In this document: positions 21,997 through 32,739 of the stretch, in pieces | Position numbering within the stretch: the first letter of the stretch is position 1 | How the letters are laid out: each line of letters begins with the position of its first letter | DNA from: Barthelona sp. PCE | Taxonomy: Eukaryota | Assembly: GCA_040285745.1 (NCBI GenBank) | Contig: JAUFOR010000002.1 | Coordinates: forward strand, 1,798,001-1,862,000 | Length of the DNA: 64,000 nt | Reading direction: 5' to 3' | Translations under genes and position numbers: made by a program | The notes under the pieces: generated by a model | What the model was told of the DNA's origin: nothing | What the model saw: the letters and a program-made list of their open reading frames with translations, nothing else | The model's database searches: none

Positions 21997-23238
21997 TTAG
22001 TCAGAAGCACACTCGTTGTTACGCTTGGTAACTCCTCTGATCTTTTGAGCAAAAATGCTGTTGGCCAAATCATCTGGCAACTGCACAATCTGCAGATTCT
22101 TATTTTCAATCATTGTGCTGTGGATACGACGGAGACCATCATCGCTGAACGGATTGTCCCTCATCGCAAGCTCGTTAAGGTTACAATTGGTGAGAGCAGC
22201 GAATTCCTGACCAATATCTGTGTCAGCAAGGCCTGTTGAAGATATATCCAGCGCCTTCAGCATGGGGCACATGGGTAACATCTCCATTAAGGCATTAAAG
22301 CCATCTTTTGTGAGGGGGGTTCCACTTAGCACCAAGTTTTCAATCTTTGTGTTGTTCACTAAGCTATCCAACACGTTAATGATACCATTACCTGCGCTCT
22401 GGCAGTTAAGAAGAGAAATCGAGCGTAAATGATGATATTTCAGGTATTTAGATAATTCTGTAAAGAAGTCCATTGTGAAACACAAACCAGATAGAATGAG
22501 CGTTTCAACCTTGCTTCCAACAAGTGCTTGGCCGAACACCTTGCCTGAGTTGCTGTCTAAGAAGCACGTATTCATCTCTCCAAAGGACATGAGCGTGATA
22601 GACTTTAAAGTGTGCTTGTTCTCAAGACCTCTGAAGAAATTGCTCATGAAATCTGTGGTGGTGATTGTCAACTGCAGCCATTCGGCACCACATAGAGAAA
22701 CATGTTGGCCAAAGAGCTTAGCAGAGAAAGAATCAAACTTGGGACGTTGGAGAATAACAAAAGATGTTTTCTTTCCTTCACAGATATCAAGTACGTCAAG
22801 CTCGGCCTCTTCCTCGTCCTCCTCGTCGCTGTCAAGGTCACTATCCAGATATGTACAACTCAAAAGAGGGTGTTGTGGATGCTGACTTTCGATCGAGGAC
22901 GTGGCAACAGGGTATAGGTCCGCTGCTACTGTTGGAGGCACATCGAACTCATCCGTTGGGAAGTATAGGGAGGAGATGTGTTGAATATCGGGGTATATTT
23001 TAAGGATTCGCTGAGCATACTTTGCACGACAACCTGGATTAGTCCATTCAAGCGTTTTCCTCTCCTGAAAGCTGCTGTCAACTGCATCTTTGAACTTCTT
23101 TGACACAAGACGAAGTCGCATCTTGTGATAATCACTCATATGCTCGATCAGACGTGATTCAATAGATTCGTTACTTTTTTGCCCCAGGTCTTGCCCTTCA
23201 GTATCGACAGGGAGTGCTGCAGATGATGTACAACCCAT
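21997..23238 (-). CDS. RNI-like leucine-rich repeat protein with acylation motif and F-box-like segment
   Basis: N-terminal MGCTSS; IEHMSDYHKMRLRLVSKKFKDAV (F-box-like); LRR units such as LRSISLLNC, LKALDISST and LNELAMRDN. Confidence 0.75.
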   Translation of the reverse strand: MGCTSSAALPVDTEGQDLGQKSNESIESRLIEHMSDYHKMRLRLVSKKFKDAVDSSFQERKTLEWTNPGCRAKYAQRILKIYPDIQHISSLYFPTDEFDVPPTVAADLYPVATSSIESQHPQHPLLSCTYLDSDLDSDEEDEEEAELDVLDICEGKKTSFVILQRPKFDSFSAKLFGQHVSLCGAEWLQLTITTTDFMSNFFRGLENKHTLKSITLMSFGEMNTCFLDSNSGKVFGQALVGSKVETLILSGLCFTMDFFTELSKYLKYHHLRSISLLNCQSAGNGIINVLDSLVNNTKIENLVLSGTPLTKDGFNALMEMLPMCPMLKALDISSTGLADTDIGQEFAALTNCNLNELAMRDNPFSDDGLRRIHSTMIENKNLQIVQLPDDLANSIFAQKIRGVTKRNNECASD

Positions 23239-23408
23239 TTGTAAAGGATAAAAGAAGATATGAATAGTAAAGCATTAAGACCTGCAATTTTCATAATTTC
23301 ACATTGCTTTTCTTGGTACATGCTAGATAAATCACAGTTAAAATCCAGTCAGATATCCAAATTCTACTCTAACGTTGTTTTATTTTTTCACCACTTTTTC
23401 AAGCTCAA

Positions 23409-25478
23409 ATGAAGAATCTTGAGCAAATAGCCCGCGGTATCAGGGAGCACGAGGAGGATGAAGCACAATACATTGCAGGTCTCATCACTGAGATCAAAAA
23501 CGAAATTCGCCTCTCTCCAAGAGAGAAAATCAATGCTGTTGAGAAGCTCATCTACCTTCAGATGTTTGGCTTCGATATTACGTTTGCTGCATTCCCTATT
23601 CTTGAAATTTGCGCCTTAAAGGCATTCCATGCAAAGAGGGTCGGTTACTCTGCCATGATCAGCTCTTTCAACAACGACACACGTGCTCTCGTCATGACTC
23701 CATCCCAGTTCCGCAAGGACCTCGCCTGTCGTGATGACAAGGTGCAGAGCGTTGCACTTTCCGCGCTAGCAAAAGTTGTCTCCCCAGAGATCGCCCCCTA
23801 TCTCGTTGATGATGTACTTTCCCTGTCCAATTCGACCCACCCACACATCCAACGTAAGGCCTTGTGTGCTCTCTTCAGGATTCTAGTCAACAAGCCAGAT
23901 GCGCTTTCTGTCGTCTTCCAAAGAATCGTTAGCAAGCTGAAGTCCGACGACTGGTCGGTCGTGCAGGTTGCGGTAAACATCCTGTGTGAGTTGTGCGTCC
24001 GTAACCCTTCTGCTTACATTCAAACGGCTCCGCCCTTATATAAGATTATGACGGATACGGCAATCCGAGACAGGCCGATCATGCTTGTCAAACTTCTTAA
24101 GATATTCCGCGCTTTCCTAAAGGCAGAGCCCAAACTGAAGAAGAAGCTAGTGAGTCCTTTGCAGCAATTTTTGAACGGGCAGTACCCACTCTCTGTCACG
24201 CTTGAAGCTCTCTTTTGTGTTGTTGAGTCGTTCTCCAGCAGTAGATCGCTGCTGCAACGCGCTCTAGAGCTCCTACAACAGTACCTTGAGGATGACGGCG
24301 AGAACTCCACCAACTTACATTACTGTGCACTTGAGCTCATGGTTCCTCTTATCGAAACAGCTGGTGGACTTCTTGAGAAGCACCGCAGACTGGTGATCAA
24401 CTGTCTCAACTCAAAAGACAACAGTATCCAACTCAAAGCCCTTAAGGTCGTTGAGCAGTTGGTTGATGAGGACTGCATCGAGGATATTGTTCAGCGTCTA
24501 ATCGAGATTGCTCAGCTTTCTTCTATTGATAACCGTATTCCCGTTCGTATCATTGAGGCTGTTCTCCGTATGATTACCCGCGATAGTTATGCCGACGTCC
24601 CAGACTTTGACTGGTTGCTTTCCACTTTCCAGCACATTGCCTTGCTCAAATGTTGCATCCCCGTTGACCAGGTTGCACTCGAGTTCAGGCAGTTCGTGCT
24701 CAGGTGTGAGGACATCCAGGAAGATGCCGCACGCATCGCCAAAACAATTCTCCTTCACATGGACAAGGATCCCAAGCAGACCGAGCTGATGTCCACGTGC
24801 TTCTTTATTGTGGGCGAGTTTGGATCCATCGAAGATGACTTCGACCTTGATATCATCGTTCCACAGTCGGCACAGTCGGCCCAGTTGACTGCAATGTTTA
24901 AAATTTCGACAAAGATGAATGAGCCTGATCGCTTCAGCACTTTTTACGACCGTTATCTTTACAGCGTATACAGTGACATCCAGTGGCACGCAGCGTACTA
25001 CGGTTGTCTTTCGAAAATGAAAGACGATGCGGTGGGTCTTGGTGCTCTCTTTGAGAACAAATTAAATGCGGTTAGCAAAACAGCTCAGGAACGCGTCGCC
25101 GCACCATTCGACCTTACCACATTCCTTGTTGCGGAGGCTGCTGCTATTGTCGCGAAACCCGCTGATAAAGAGGAAGAGGAGGTAATTATAAAAAAGAAGC
25201 GAAGAAGAAAGAAGAGAAGATCAAAGGAAGAGGCTGAAGAACCTATTGCTTCTCCTATCACATCTCCTGCAAGTCCTACAAAGCGTAGAAGGCGTAGAAG
25301 GTTGAAACTCGCTGATGTTGAGGATATTGATGCTCAGCCCAACACCCCTGCCTCTGACAAGAAGGAAGAAAATGTTTTTTCAATGAATCCCGTACTTGAT
25401 GAAGAGAAAGAGGAGAAAGAGGAAGAGCAGCCAAAGAAAAAGAAGAAACGCAGACGCAAAAAGCGTTCTGCCGAATAA
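23409..25478 (+). CDS. AP3D1: AP-3 complex delta adaptin
   Basis: IARGIR...EAQYI...EIKNEI, KLIYLQMFGFD, KRVGY, MLVKLLK, EPKLKKKL, and ELNAV-like KLNAVSKTAQERVAAP. Confidence 0.9.
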   Translation: MKNLEQIARGIREHEEDEAQYIAGLITEIKNEIRLSPREKINAVEKLIYLQMFGFDITFAAFPILEICALKAFHAKRVGYSAMISSFNNDTRALVMTPSQFRKDLACRDDKVQSVALSALAKVVSPEIAPYLVDDVLSLSNSTHPHIQRKALCALFRILVNKPDALSVVFQRIVSKLKSDDWSVVQVAVNILCELCVRNPSAYIQTAPPLYKIMTDTAIRDRPIMLVKLLKIFRAFLKAEPKLKKKLVSPLQQFLNGQYPLSVTLEALFCVVESFSSSRSLLQRALELLQQYLEDDGENSTNLHYCALELMVPLIETAGGLLEKHRRLVINCLNSKDNSIQLKALKVVEQLVDEDCIEDIVQRLIEIAQLSSIDNRIPVRIIEAVLRMITRDSYADVPDFDWLLSTFQHIALLKCCIPVDQVALEFRQFVLRCEDIQEDAARIAKTILLHMDKDPKQTELMSTCFFIVGEFGSIEDDFDLDIIVPQSAQSAQLTAMFKISTKMNEPDRFSTFYDRYLYSVYSDIQWHAAYYGCLSKMKDDAVGLGALFENKLNAVSKTAQERVAAPFDLTTFLVAEAAAIVAKPADKEEEEVIIKKKRRRKKRRSKEEAEEPIASPITSPASPTKRRRRRRLKLADVEDIDAQPNTPASDKKEENVFSMNPVLDEEKEEKEEEQPKKKKKRRRKKRSAE

Positions 25479-25519
25479 TTCTAGTAAATGAGTTAACTAA
25501 TCATTTTTATTCTAACAAA

Positions 25520-25933
25520 TCAGAAGATTTCGTCGAAATAAGCTTCGATCTTCCACCTGATGCAGTCATAATCGGGTATACGCCAACCTTCAGCATCCCT
25601 CTTAATCATACAAGCACGTCTAATTTTACCATAAGTTGTGTAACAAGCTGGAGATACTGGGAATTCGTCACCAATAGCTACGCAAAAATCCAAACATGGC
25701 TGTTCCAGTCGACTCCAGCCTTGTGCAGGCTTGAATTTGCACCATCTATACCAGCTAGCGTATTTACGAGCGCTAGAAGTTCCTTTCTTGTAACAAACCT
25801 TTAAACACGGCTTGTAAACTGTAGACCATCCCTCAGCATCTTCAGCAATTCTGCAGATTGATTCACATGATGCAGCAACAAATGAACAACTAGAAAGAAG
25901 GCACACTAAAATTAAAAGTGTTTTTGTGTCCAT
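25520..25933 (-). CDS. Secreted 10-cysteine miniprotein A
   Basis: ATG at 25933 (MDTKTLLILVCLLSSCSFVAA signal peptide); 137 aa; three internal A(E/Q)GW repeats. Confidence 0.75.
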   Translation of the reverse strand: MDTKTLLILVCLLSSCSFVAASCESICRIAEDAEGWSTVYKPCLKVCYKKGTSSARKYASWYRWCKFKPAQGWSRLEQPCLDFCVAIGDEFPVSPACYTTYGKIRRACMIKRDAEGWRIPDYDCIRWKIEAYFDEIF

Positions 25934-26357
25934 GGTGAATAAAATATCCCTGCTAATAAAAATAGAATACCTCTTTTGAAAAGGTAAAGAAAAAATTTTG
26001 CAAGATATTAACATTTGTTCTGTCTTGATAAACAGTTTACTCGCATGTTTTCAACCATATCTCATCCATTGAGGTAAATGAGAAATGAATTTGAAGGAAA
26101 TAAGTATGCCGGAGTTAAAAATTATTGTCTAATTTCATTATACACATATAGCAATGTAAATCTCGGTTGTAATAACCTGTATATCTAACTGTTCTATCTT
26201 TACGTTTGCCTATAAGTTCCAAAAAATGGCAGAAAAGAATCTTCCTCACTCCTGGCAGATTACAACTCACATTACAGGATGCTAACTATACGGTGAGGTC
26301 GTGTGGATATTAAAAGTATGCCATGAAAAAAAAATTCTTCATTTACTAATATTAATG

Positions 26358-26738
26358 TTAGAAATCATAGGTGAAACCGATGGAGATCTTGTTGACGGCT
26401 GATTTAACACACTGAACATCGACGTAGGTGTCAATACTGTACTTCTTGAGGAAGGTGCACTGTCTAACGGCGCGAGCAAACCTTGTTGTGCATGCGACGG
26501 GATTGGACTCAGCTAAACAGACGCTGTAGCAGTAATCCCTGACCTGATAAGGCTTACACTTTCCCTCTATGGCCCAGTAGTCTTTAGGGTCTCCACCTGA
26601 AGCACAATGCTTAAGACATCTGGAAGAATAGAGCTGAATACCCGATTTAGTAGTATAAGTGCATGGACCATAACAAGAAGCGTTTGCTGCCATGGCAGAA
26701 ACTACCAAAGACAGGCAAATTAAAAGCAAAAATTTCAT
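26358..26738 (-). CDS. Secreted 10-cysteine miniprotein B
   Basis: Signal peptide MKFLLLICLSLVVSAMA; same cysteine order as its neighbour. Confidence 0.8.
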   Translation of the reverse strand: MKFLLLICLSLVVSAMAANASCYGPCTYTTKSGIQLYSSRCLKHCASGGDPKDYWAIEGKCKPYQVRDYCYSVCLAESNPVACTTRFARAVRQCTFLKKYSIDTYVDVQCVKSAVNKISIGFTYDF

Positions 26739-27927
26739 TTGAAGAAGGAGATAAACTTTAAAGCATATATATCTTCTTTAAGAAGGACATGATTACATAC
26801 AGCACACCATGTACACATAGAATATACTGAAAGCTAATAGTGATACAAAAACTTTATTGGTTTACGTGTTCACGTGAATCTTACTAAATGCATCATATTC
26901 CAGCTTTTTTTAATAGTAGAGGCACCGTTTAAGCAATTTAAAAAGCTTGGAGATATTGTACAAAGAAAAAGGAAAACTTTTCTTTCTATCGATACCGTTA
27001 GAAACTAAAAGTATAACATTTCAAATTTGTTTCAAAGACAAGATTCATAGTCTGGTGAGAATTGATGGCAATGCTAAATAAGCTAAGCAAATATTAAACA
27101 AACTTAAAAAAAGTATCTCTACCCATTTCATTTGAAGGAGTTGTAAAATAAAATATGGTTGCAAATATTATTTCTATTTTATATTAATGATTGAATCTCC
27201 TTCTAATTATGGGTAATTGTTCGTTTGGATGGCTATCTTTTAAAATGTGAATATTTAGAAAAGTAGACTTTTCACTAATGCAGGTTCCCAATTTTTGTTT
27301 TTTTTTTTACTTTTATCTGCCTAAAGGTGTTTAATACTACATTATATTGCTTTTTGGACATTTTTTATGCAGATGTCTCTTCTCTAAAATTATTTACATT
27401 CTAAAAATCATTGCAGTTACATATGAATTCCTTTGATTTTCGTTTAAGAAAGTTTAATATTAGATATGTACTGTTTTTACCACATAAAGAAGAAATTAAA
27501 GCATAAAGAAGTGAAGAAATTTTCTTGCAGGTATTAATATTCGTAGTAATCAAATTCTTAAAGAGGTATAAAAATTTCATTCAGTTGTATAATACAAATT
27601 GGAGTAGCTATGAAGAATCCAGTTGAAATTTTGGTCTAAAAATTTTCTTTTCCTTTAGAAGAGTATACACCTGTTTTTGTGGATTACTGTCGAGTTATTA
27701 TAGTTTAATGTGAATACTAAATCCATGGGTCTTAATTTTGGACATAGAAACATTTTCCTATCATATGTGCAATTATCATAGATTTTATTAACTTTATTGG
27801 TCAGAAAATATAGATAAACTCCCATAGATAGTAAAGAATTCATTAATAAACAAATATATGTGAATACTGTGAAGAAATGTTTGCTTATCCAAGAATTACG
27901 TTGAAAAATTTACTATGTACAAAAGAA

Positions 27928-28737
27928 CTACCTCTTTCTGATGTCACTATCAATAACTTGATCCAGATCAGGATAATTACCGAAATCTTCTTGAATTTGT
28001 TCATTCTGTGATACCTTGGGCTCAGGAACATCAGGAATCTTGGGCTTCACTGGTGCACTGGGCTTTATGGACACCTCTTTGGTCGGGTTAGTAGAAATAT
28101 CAACTGAATCAAATATCATTGGAAGAGATTTCTTTAAATTCTCAACTCTGAAATCACCTGGAGCGTTTGTGATATCGGGACGCTTCTTAACAGGGGAGTT
28201 CTCATGGTGACGGTCCATCTCTGGGAGTATGTTGTTGATTAACGTCGTAAGACTCAAAAGATTGGCATACTTGGAAACATAGTTAAGTACTTCTTTTGCC
28301 TTAGAAAGGATGTTTGAAACCAGAGTACTCTTGAATTCATCAGATATCCGGTCAAAAACAGGTTGAATATGCTTGTAAGACTGGATTAAATGTAAATAAA
28401 CAACGTTTATGAATCCTGTACTCTCGATATTTAAGAGCAAGAAGAATGTGAACTTTATCAGACCAAAAAACGGGATGATCCAGCTTAAAAGAGTTAAAAT
28501 AGGTGTGATACAAACGTAAACACTAAACACAAGCCAGTACTTTAATAAATACTCGTGCTCTGGCATTTTCTGGTTCTGCACGACCTGTGATTGAGGCTTT
28601 GATGGTGTGGATGGATCATAATATATGCTGTCTGTTTTATCCAAAATTGGCGCACCTTTCATGATGTATTGAAGTGTTTTATACGCGGGCCACACGGCCC
28701 CTAGCCCAATTAATGTCAATTCGAAAACCCACCCCAT
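27928..28737 (-). CDS. TB2/DP1/HVA22 (REEP/Yop1) family ER-shaping protein
   Basis: LGAVWPAYKTL, YLLKYWLVFS and SWIIPFFGLIKFTFFLLL. Confidence 0.85.
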   Translation of the reverse strand: MGWVFELTLIGLGAVWPAYKTLQYIMKGAPILDKTDSIYYDPSTPSKPQSQVVQNQKMPEHEYLLKYWLVFSVYVCITPILTLLSWIIPFFGLIKFTFFLLLNIESTGFINVVYLHLIQSYKHIQPVFDRISDEFKSTLVSNILSKAKEVLNYVSKYANLLSLTTLINNILPEMDRHHENSPVKKRPDITNAPGDFRVENLKKSLPMIFDSVDISTNPTKEVSIKPSAPVKPKIPDVPEPKVSQNEQIQEDFGNYPDLDQVIDSDIRKR

Positions 28738-28985
28738 GGTATAAGAAAAAAATAAGAAAAAACGCTTTTATTTTTGGATGTTCAATAATTTTTGACCTGA
28801 TTTTCTACTTAAACTTCCTGATTAAAGCCGTTTGCACTCATTTAATTTCCACAATATTTATCATGTGGTGAGAAATGTCAGCACTTCCACAAAACCAATC
28901 ATTGAGGAAAGTTTTCGAGACTTTACAACTATTATACATAAGATGATGACTAGTAAGTTGTTATAATTTTTTTCCCTTTCTACAC

Positions 28986-30727
28986 ATGACAGAGTTAGCT
29001 GAACCCACTGAGATTCCGGAAATTGAGATCGAGAAGCCAAAGGTACCCATCGAATTCGACTGTATGCATATTGTGATAAATTTTTCAGAAAATCCTTACA
29101 TTTAGTCCTTACAACCGCCTTTAACTATCGTAAAAACAACGGATTAGACTACGGTAACTACAAAAACTATGCTAACTTCATCACTCGAAGGATCAAGCGA
29201 ATTAGATCACATTTAAAGATCACGTGTCAACCTGTTAAGTCCAAGAAGAAGGTACCCAACTATTCCCCCGTATTTTTTGACCTGGAGGATCTCCCAAAGA
29301 ACGTCAACGTAGAGGATGCAAGACTTGTTGAACTGAGTTTTCTTTGTGCTGAGCGTTGTTGGGCTCGTGCCATGATCATTAAGACATCCACACAATCGCA
29401 CGATAGGAAGAGTCTGCGCAAGATTGTTGAGAAGTGCAAGAAGGCGAGAAAGCATTGCGTTCACCTTACTGAAGTTGTTGATTGTCACGGTTCAAGCACC
29501 ACAAAGGCAAGCTGTGAGGCCTACTGCGCCTTCATCCAGGGTGTCATGTTGCTCGAACGTGAGGATTACGACGGGGCACTGCAAAGTTTTACCACCGTCG
29601 GTAACTCTGTCGCTATGGCATTCACTGACGATCAAAAGCTCTCCTTTGCGTACTGGAAGGAGACCGTTCTCCCCCTGCAGCGTTTCTGCCGCTTTTGTAT
29701 TCAGAGAGCTGAGGGTGTTGATGTTATGCAAATTGACCTGACTGGCGTCTCCAACGACTTAATCAAGGATGACATCGAGACCATCACACACGCCGAGAGG
29801 GTCAAGAAGAGTGCGTCACAGGACAGCATTGTCTGGGACGACGTTGAGTTGCAGCTCCCTATCGTTGAGACCCGTGCTATTGTCCTCGAGATGATTGATG
29901 CCGAAAACGACCTCGTTAAGGCCCTAGAGCAGCATGAGTGTCTGGGACTCCCTGTCAAGGATTCACAGTTGTGGAACGATGAGGTTGGTACATATCAGTT
30001 GTTCAACCACTTTTCTGTTTTCTTTTCAAAGATTGCCGGAGCCAGGCACCAGGTCAGCGAGATCATCCGTAGCACCGAAGACGACGCTGTGATGGCAGAC
30101 CTGCAGAGACTTGCTAATCAACTCGCTTACGTACAGTTTAACAGAACATATCATCGCTGTGTTCTTCAGGCAAACCAACTAAGATATAAGGCTCTCTCCG
30201 AGGATGTGTCTCCCGCCGAGGTCGTACATCTGTATGAGCAGGCGATCCAGGCTATTGGAGATTGTCTTGGTGTTTTGGATAAGAAGGATCCTCGTGCTCG
30301 CGTGCTCAAGGTCCTGCAGATGTTTTACAGGTGTTACCGTCTCGTCTATATTGGGCACGTCCATATGTTTGCTCAGAAATACGATGAGGCTGTGGTTATT
30401 GTTAACCAGTGTCTGAAGCAAGCCAAGATGCTAGACAGATTCATGAGTAAGATCAGTATTTCGGAGACAGTTGCTCGCGATAAGGAGCTCATGGTGAAGC
30501 AAATCAACGTGCTCAAGGTACGGAGTTCCGCCTTACTCTCGTTAAAGCAAGCAAAGTATGATGTGAATGTACCGAAGATTGATCAGCTAGTTCAATTCCC
30601 ACCAAAGCCAAAGTTTTGTTTACCTACACCTTTACTGATTGATTTATCGTATGATTGTATTAATTATCCTGATGTATCCAGAAATATCAAGAAGAAAGGC
30701 CTGTTCAAGCGTTTGTTGAAGAAATAA
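28986..30727 (+). CDS. SRP68: Signal recognition particle subunit SRP68 (exons 28986-29061 and 29106-30727)
   Basis: The frame upstream of the track ATG reads NNGLDYGNYKNYANFITRRIKRIR and AERCWARAM; the C-terminus is LVQFPPKPKFCLPTPLLIDL. A 44-nt intron is needed to reach an ATG. Confidence 0.88.
29062..29105 (+). other. Spliceosomal intron, 44 nt
   Basis: GTATGC...CCTTACATTTAG. Splicing joins ATG 28986 in frame; the unspliced exon-2 frame reaches TGA at 29024 with no ATG, and the alternative AG at 29088 would create TAA. Confidence 0.85.
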
Positions 30728-30728
30728 A

Positions 30729-31436
30729 TTAACAACTACAACCAATGTCTTCTTCGTCCAGATCCGTGACTGTTGCTTCAGTTGGCCTACCGAAACGTTC
30801 GTGTAAATTGTTAACAATAAGCTTTCGTAATTCATCAATATTGTATCCAGATCTGGCACTGACACCAATGCATGCTGCGGATTCGTATTCATCCATGCAG
30901 TTGTCTGTGTACTCCTGAAGTTCCTCTTGAGACATATCTACCATATCAAGTTTGTTAATGACGATGAGAACAGGAGGTAGCTCTTCAAAAACGCTTGTGT
31001 TTTTGAATTGATTGATCCAGAAGCGAAGATCACGGAATGTCTGGGACTGTTGGATGTCAAAAACACAAACCAACAATGATGCTTCCCTAAAAAGCAAGGG
31101 TAAGTTTTGTGCCCCATTATTTTCACTCATACTGTCTTCTGACCCTGCATCTGAAGCGTATCGGAGCTGCCCCGCCATGTCATAGACACACACTGGACAG
31201 TTACCTATATCAGGGATATTTCCGTCAAACCACAAAGAATCATAACAAACTGTTGATTTGTAATGCAAATTAAATGGTAAATTGTTGAGACAGCGCAATA
31301 TGCTTGTCTTACCGACTGCCATTGATCCCGCAAATAGCACCTTGAAATCATACGGTCCGTCTACTGTTGTGGCTGATGGTATGGGTTCAAAAACAAAGTT
31401 ATTGCCGCTAATGGACATTGACGAGGATGGTTCCAT
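30729..31436 (-). CDS. Divergent Rab-family GTPase
   Basis: GSMAVGKT, DMAGQ, NKLD, SAR and a C-terminal CxC prenylation motif (GCSC). Confidence 0.88.
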   Translation of the reverse strand: MEPSSSMSISGNNFVFEPIPSATTVDGPYDFKVLFAGSMAVGKTSILRCLNNLPFNLHYKSTVCYDSLWFDGNIPDIGNCPVCVYDMAGQLRYASDAGSEDSMSENNGAQNLPLLFREASLLVCVFDIQQSQTFRDLRFWINQFKNTSVFEELPPVLIVINKLDMVDMSQEELQEYTDNCMDEYESAACIGVSARSGYNIDELRKLIVNNLHERFGRPTEATVTDLDEEDIGCSC

Positions 31437-31624
31437 TTAGAGAGGACGTGAAAAGCGTCACAAAAAAAACAACAAAAAAATTGGTTTTACTATGAATCTT
31501 TCAGTTGTTGGCAGTGTGGAACACGACATTTTGTATACTTGCAGCTACAAGCCACGCTTATGAACCTTAAGAAACGTGAAAAAAGCTGAATTCATATAAC
31601 AAGTTTGTTGAATCTACTTTTAGA

Positions 31625-31870
31625 TCAACTAAACTTATCAGTTATTTCGTCAATCATCGATAAAATTTCCATGTCATCGTTAGGAAGTGTCTTAGATGCA
31701 TATCTGATATCAGAAGCAGATATTTTCTGGCTGACAGTGATATATGTGCTAAATCTTTCAAGAATCTCTGCTAAAACATCTGGCTGAAGCTTTTGTGTAC
31801 TTTCAATCCTGGGAAGATGTCCGCTGATTTTTTCTGCACTTTTCTTTGAAGAATGATGGTCTTTACCCAT
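31625..31870 (-). CDS. Small hypothetical protein
   Basis: 81-aa ATG ORF between the Rab and Snf7 genes; no domain recognised. Confidence 0.4.
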   Translation of the reverse strand: MGKDHHSSKKSAEKISGHLPRIESTQKLQPDVLAEILERFSTYITVSQKISASDIRYASKTLPNDDMEILSMIDEITDKFS

Positions 31871-32073
31871 ATTAGTTACTGTAACAGATGATATACAAGG
31901 TATCTAACTTCCAAATTCTGGTAACAAAAGGATGCCCGAGATTGAGGAAAATTTGGGAAAGCACGTCATTTACTTCAAATATTTTGTTTCTCATCAATAA
32001 AAATGGAAAAATTGTTTGAGTTTTACAAAAAAACGACTATTAACAAGTGAATAGCGATCCTATTCAAAATTTT

Positions 32074-32739
32074 TTAAAGGAAATCAGCTCTCAAAGCAGC
32101 TAAATCATCTTCCTCCTTTGTCTCTTGAGCCACAGGGTTATGCTCCACAACAACATCAGTGTTGCCAGCAATGGGCTTCATACCAATGTTATCCATTGCA
32201 CTAGTAGCGAACTCATCAGCTAATTCATTCTCGAGCTCAGCCAAATCATCTTCAATCTCCATATCAAGCTCAGGAGCAAGACTTGCTTCACCTAAAATGT
32301 CAGAAATCTCTCTCATCTGATCATTGACATCCATAACATCGTCCAACTTGTCTTGCAGGTCGTCTGGGTCAGCAATATGGTGTCTGATGGCGTCAGTAGC
32401 AGAACTCATAGCGTCAATAACGGTTGATGTTGTGCTGGCTGACTCAAGATATGATTGCTGCACCATGAGGTTGTTGATGCTGTTATCAAGTACAGTGATC
32501 TGGTTTGAAAGTAATTTCTTCTGTTTCATTAAGGAAGAAGCACCACGGCGATCTTTTGCTTGCAACTTTGCTTTAGCTTGAGCGTGGAGCTTGCCGATTC
32601 GCGTCTCAAGGTGTGCACGCTTTTTCTCAAGGTTTTCCATAGTAGTATTTAACTGACGAAGAGCTTCATGAGGAGCGCTGGTTTGAGGTTTAGGGGGTGC
32701 TTGTTCGACAGGCTTCTTTCCGAATCCGAATAATCCCAT
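32074..32739 (-). CDS. ESCRT-III Snf7 family protein (Vps32/CHMP4-like)
   Basis: ALRQLNTTMENLEKKRAHLE, MKQKKLL, LESASTTSTVIDAM, QMREISDIL and EDDLAELE; ATG at 32739. Confidence 0.9.
   Translation of the reverse strand: MGLFGFGKKPVEQAPPKPQTSAPHEALRQLNTTMENLEKKRAHLETRIGKLHAQAKAKLQAKDRRGASSLMKQKKLLSNQITVLDNSINNLMVQQSYLESASTTSTVIDAMSSATDAIRHHIADPDDLQDKLDDVMDVNDQMREISDILGEASLAPELDMEIEDDLAELENELADEFATSAMDNIGMKPIAGNTDVVVEHNPVAQETKEEDDLAALRADFL

Noticed and set aside
26740-27920. Long AT-rich gene-free spacer
   Set aside because: No repeat, credible ORF or structure that I can support.
31087-31132. GTATG...TTTTTAG segment in the Rab gene that looks like an intron
   Set aside because: It is 46 nt, so removal would shift the frame and delete LPLLFR, which aligns with the Rab consensus; there is no branch motif at -8.
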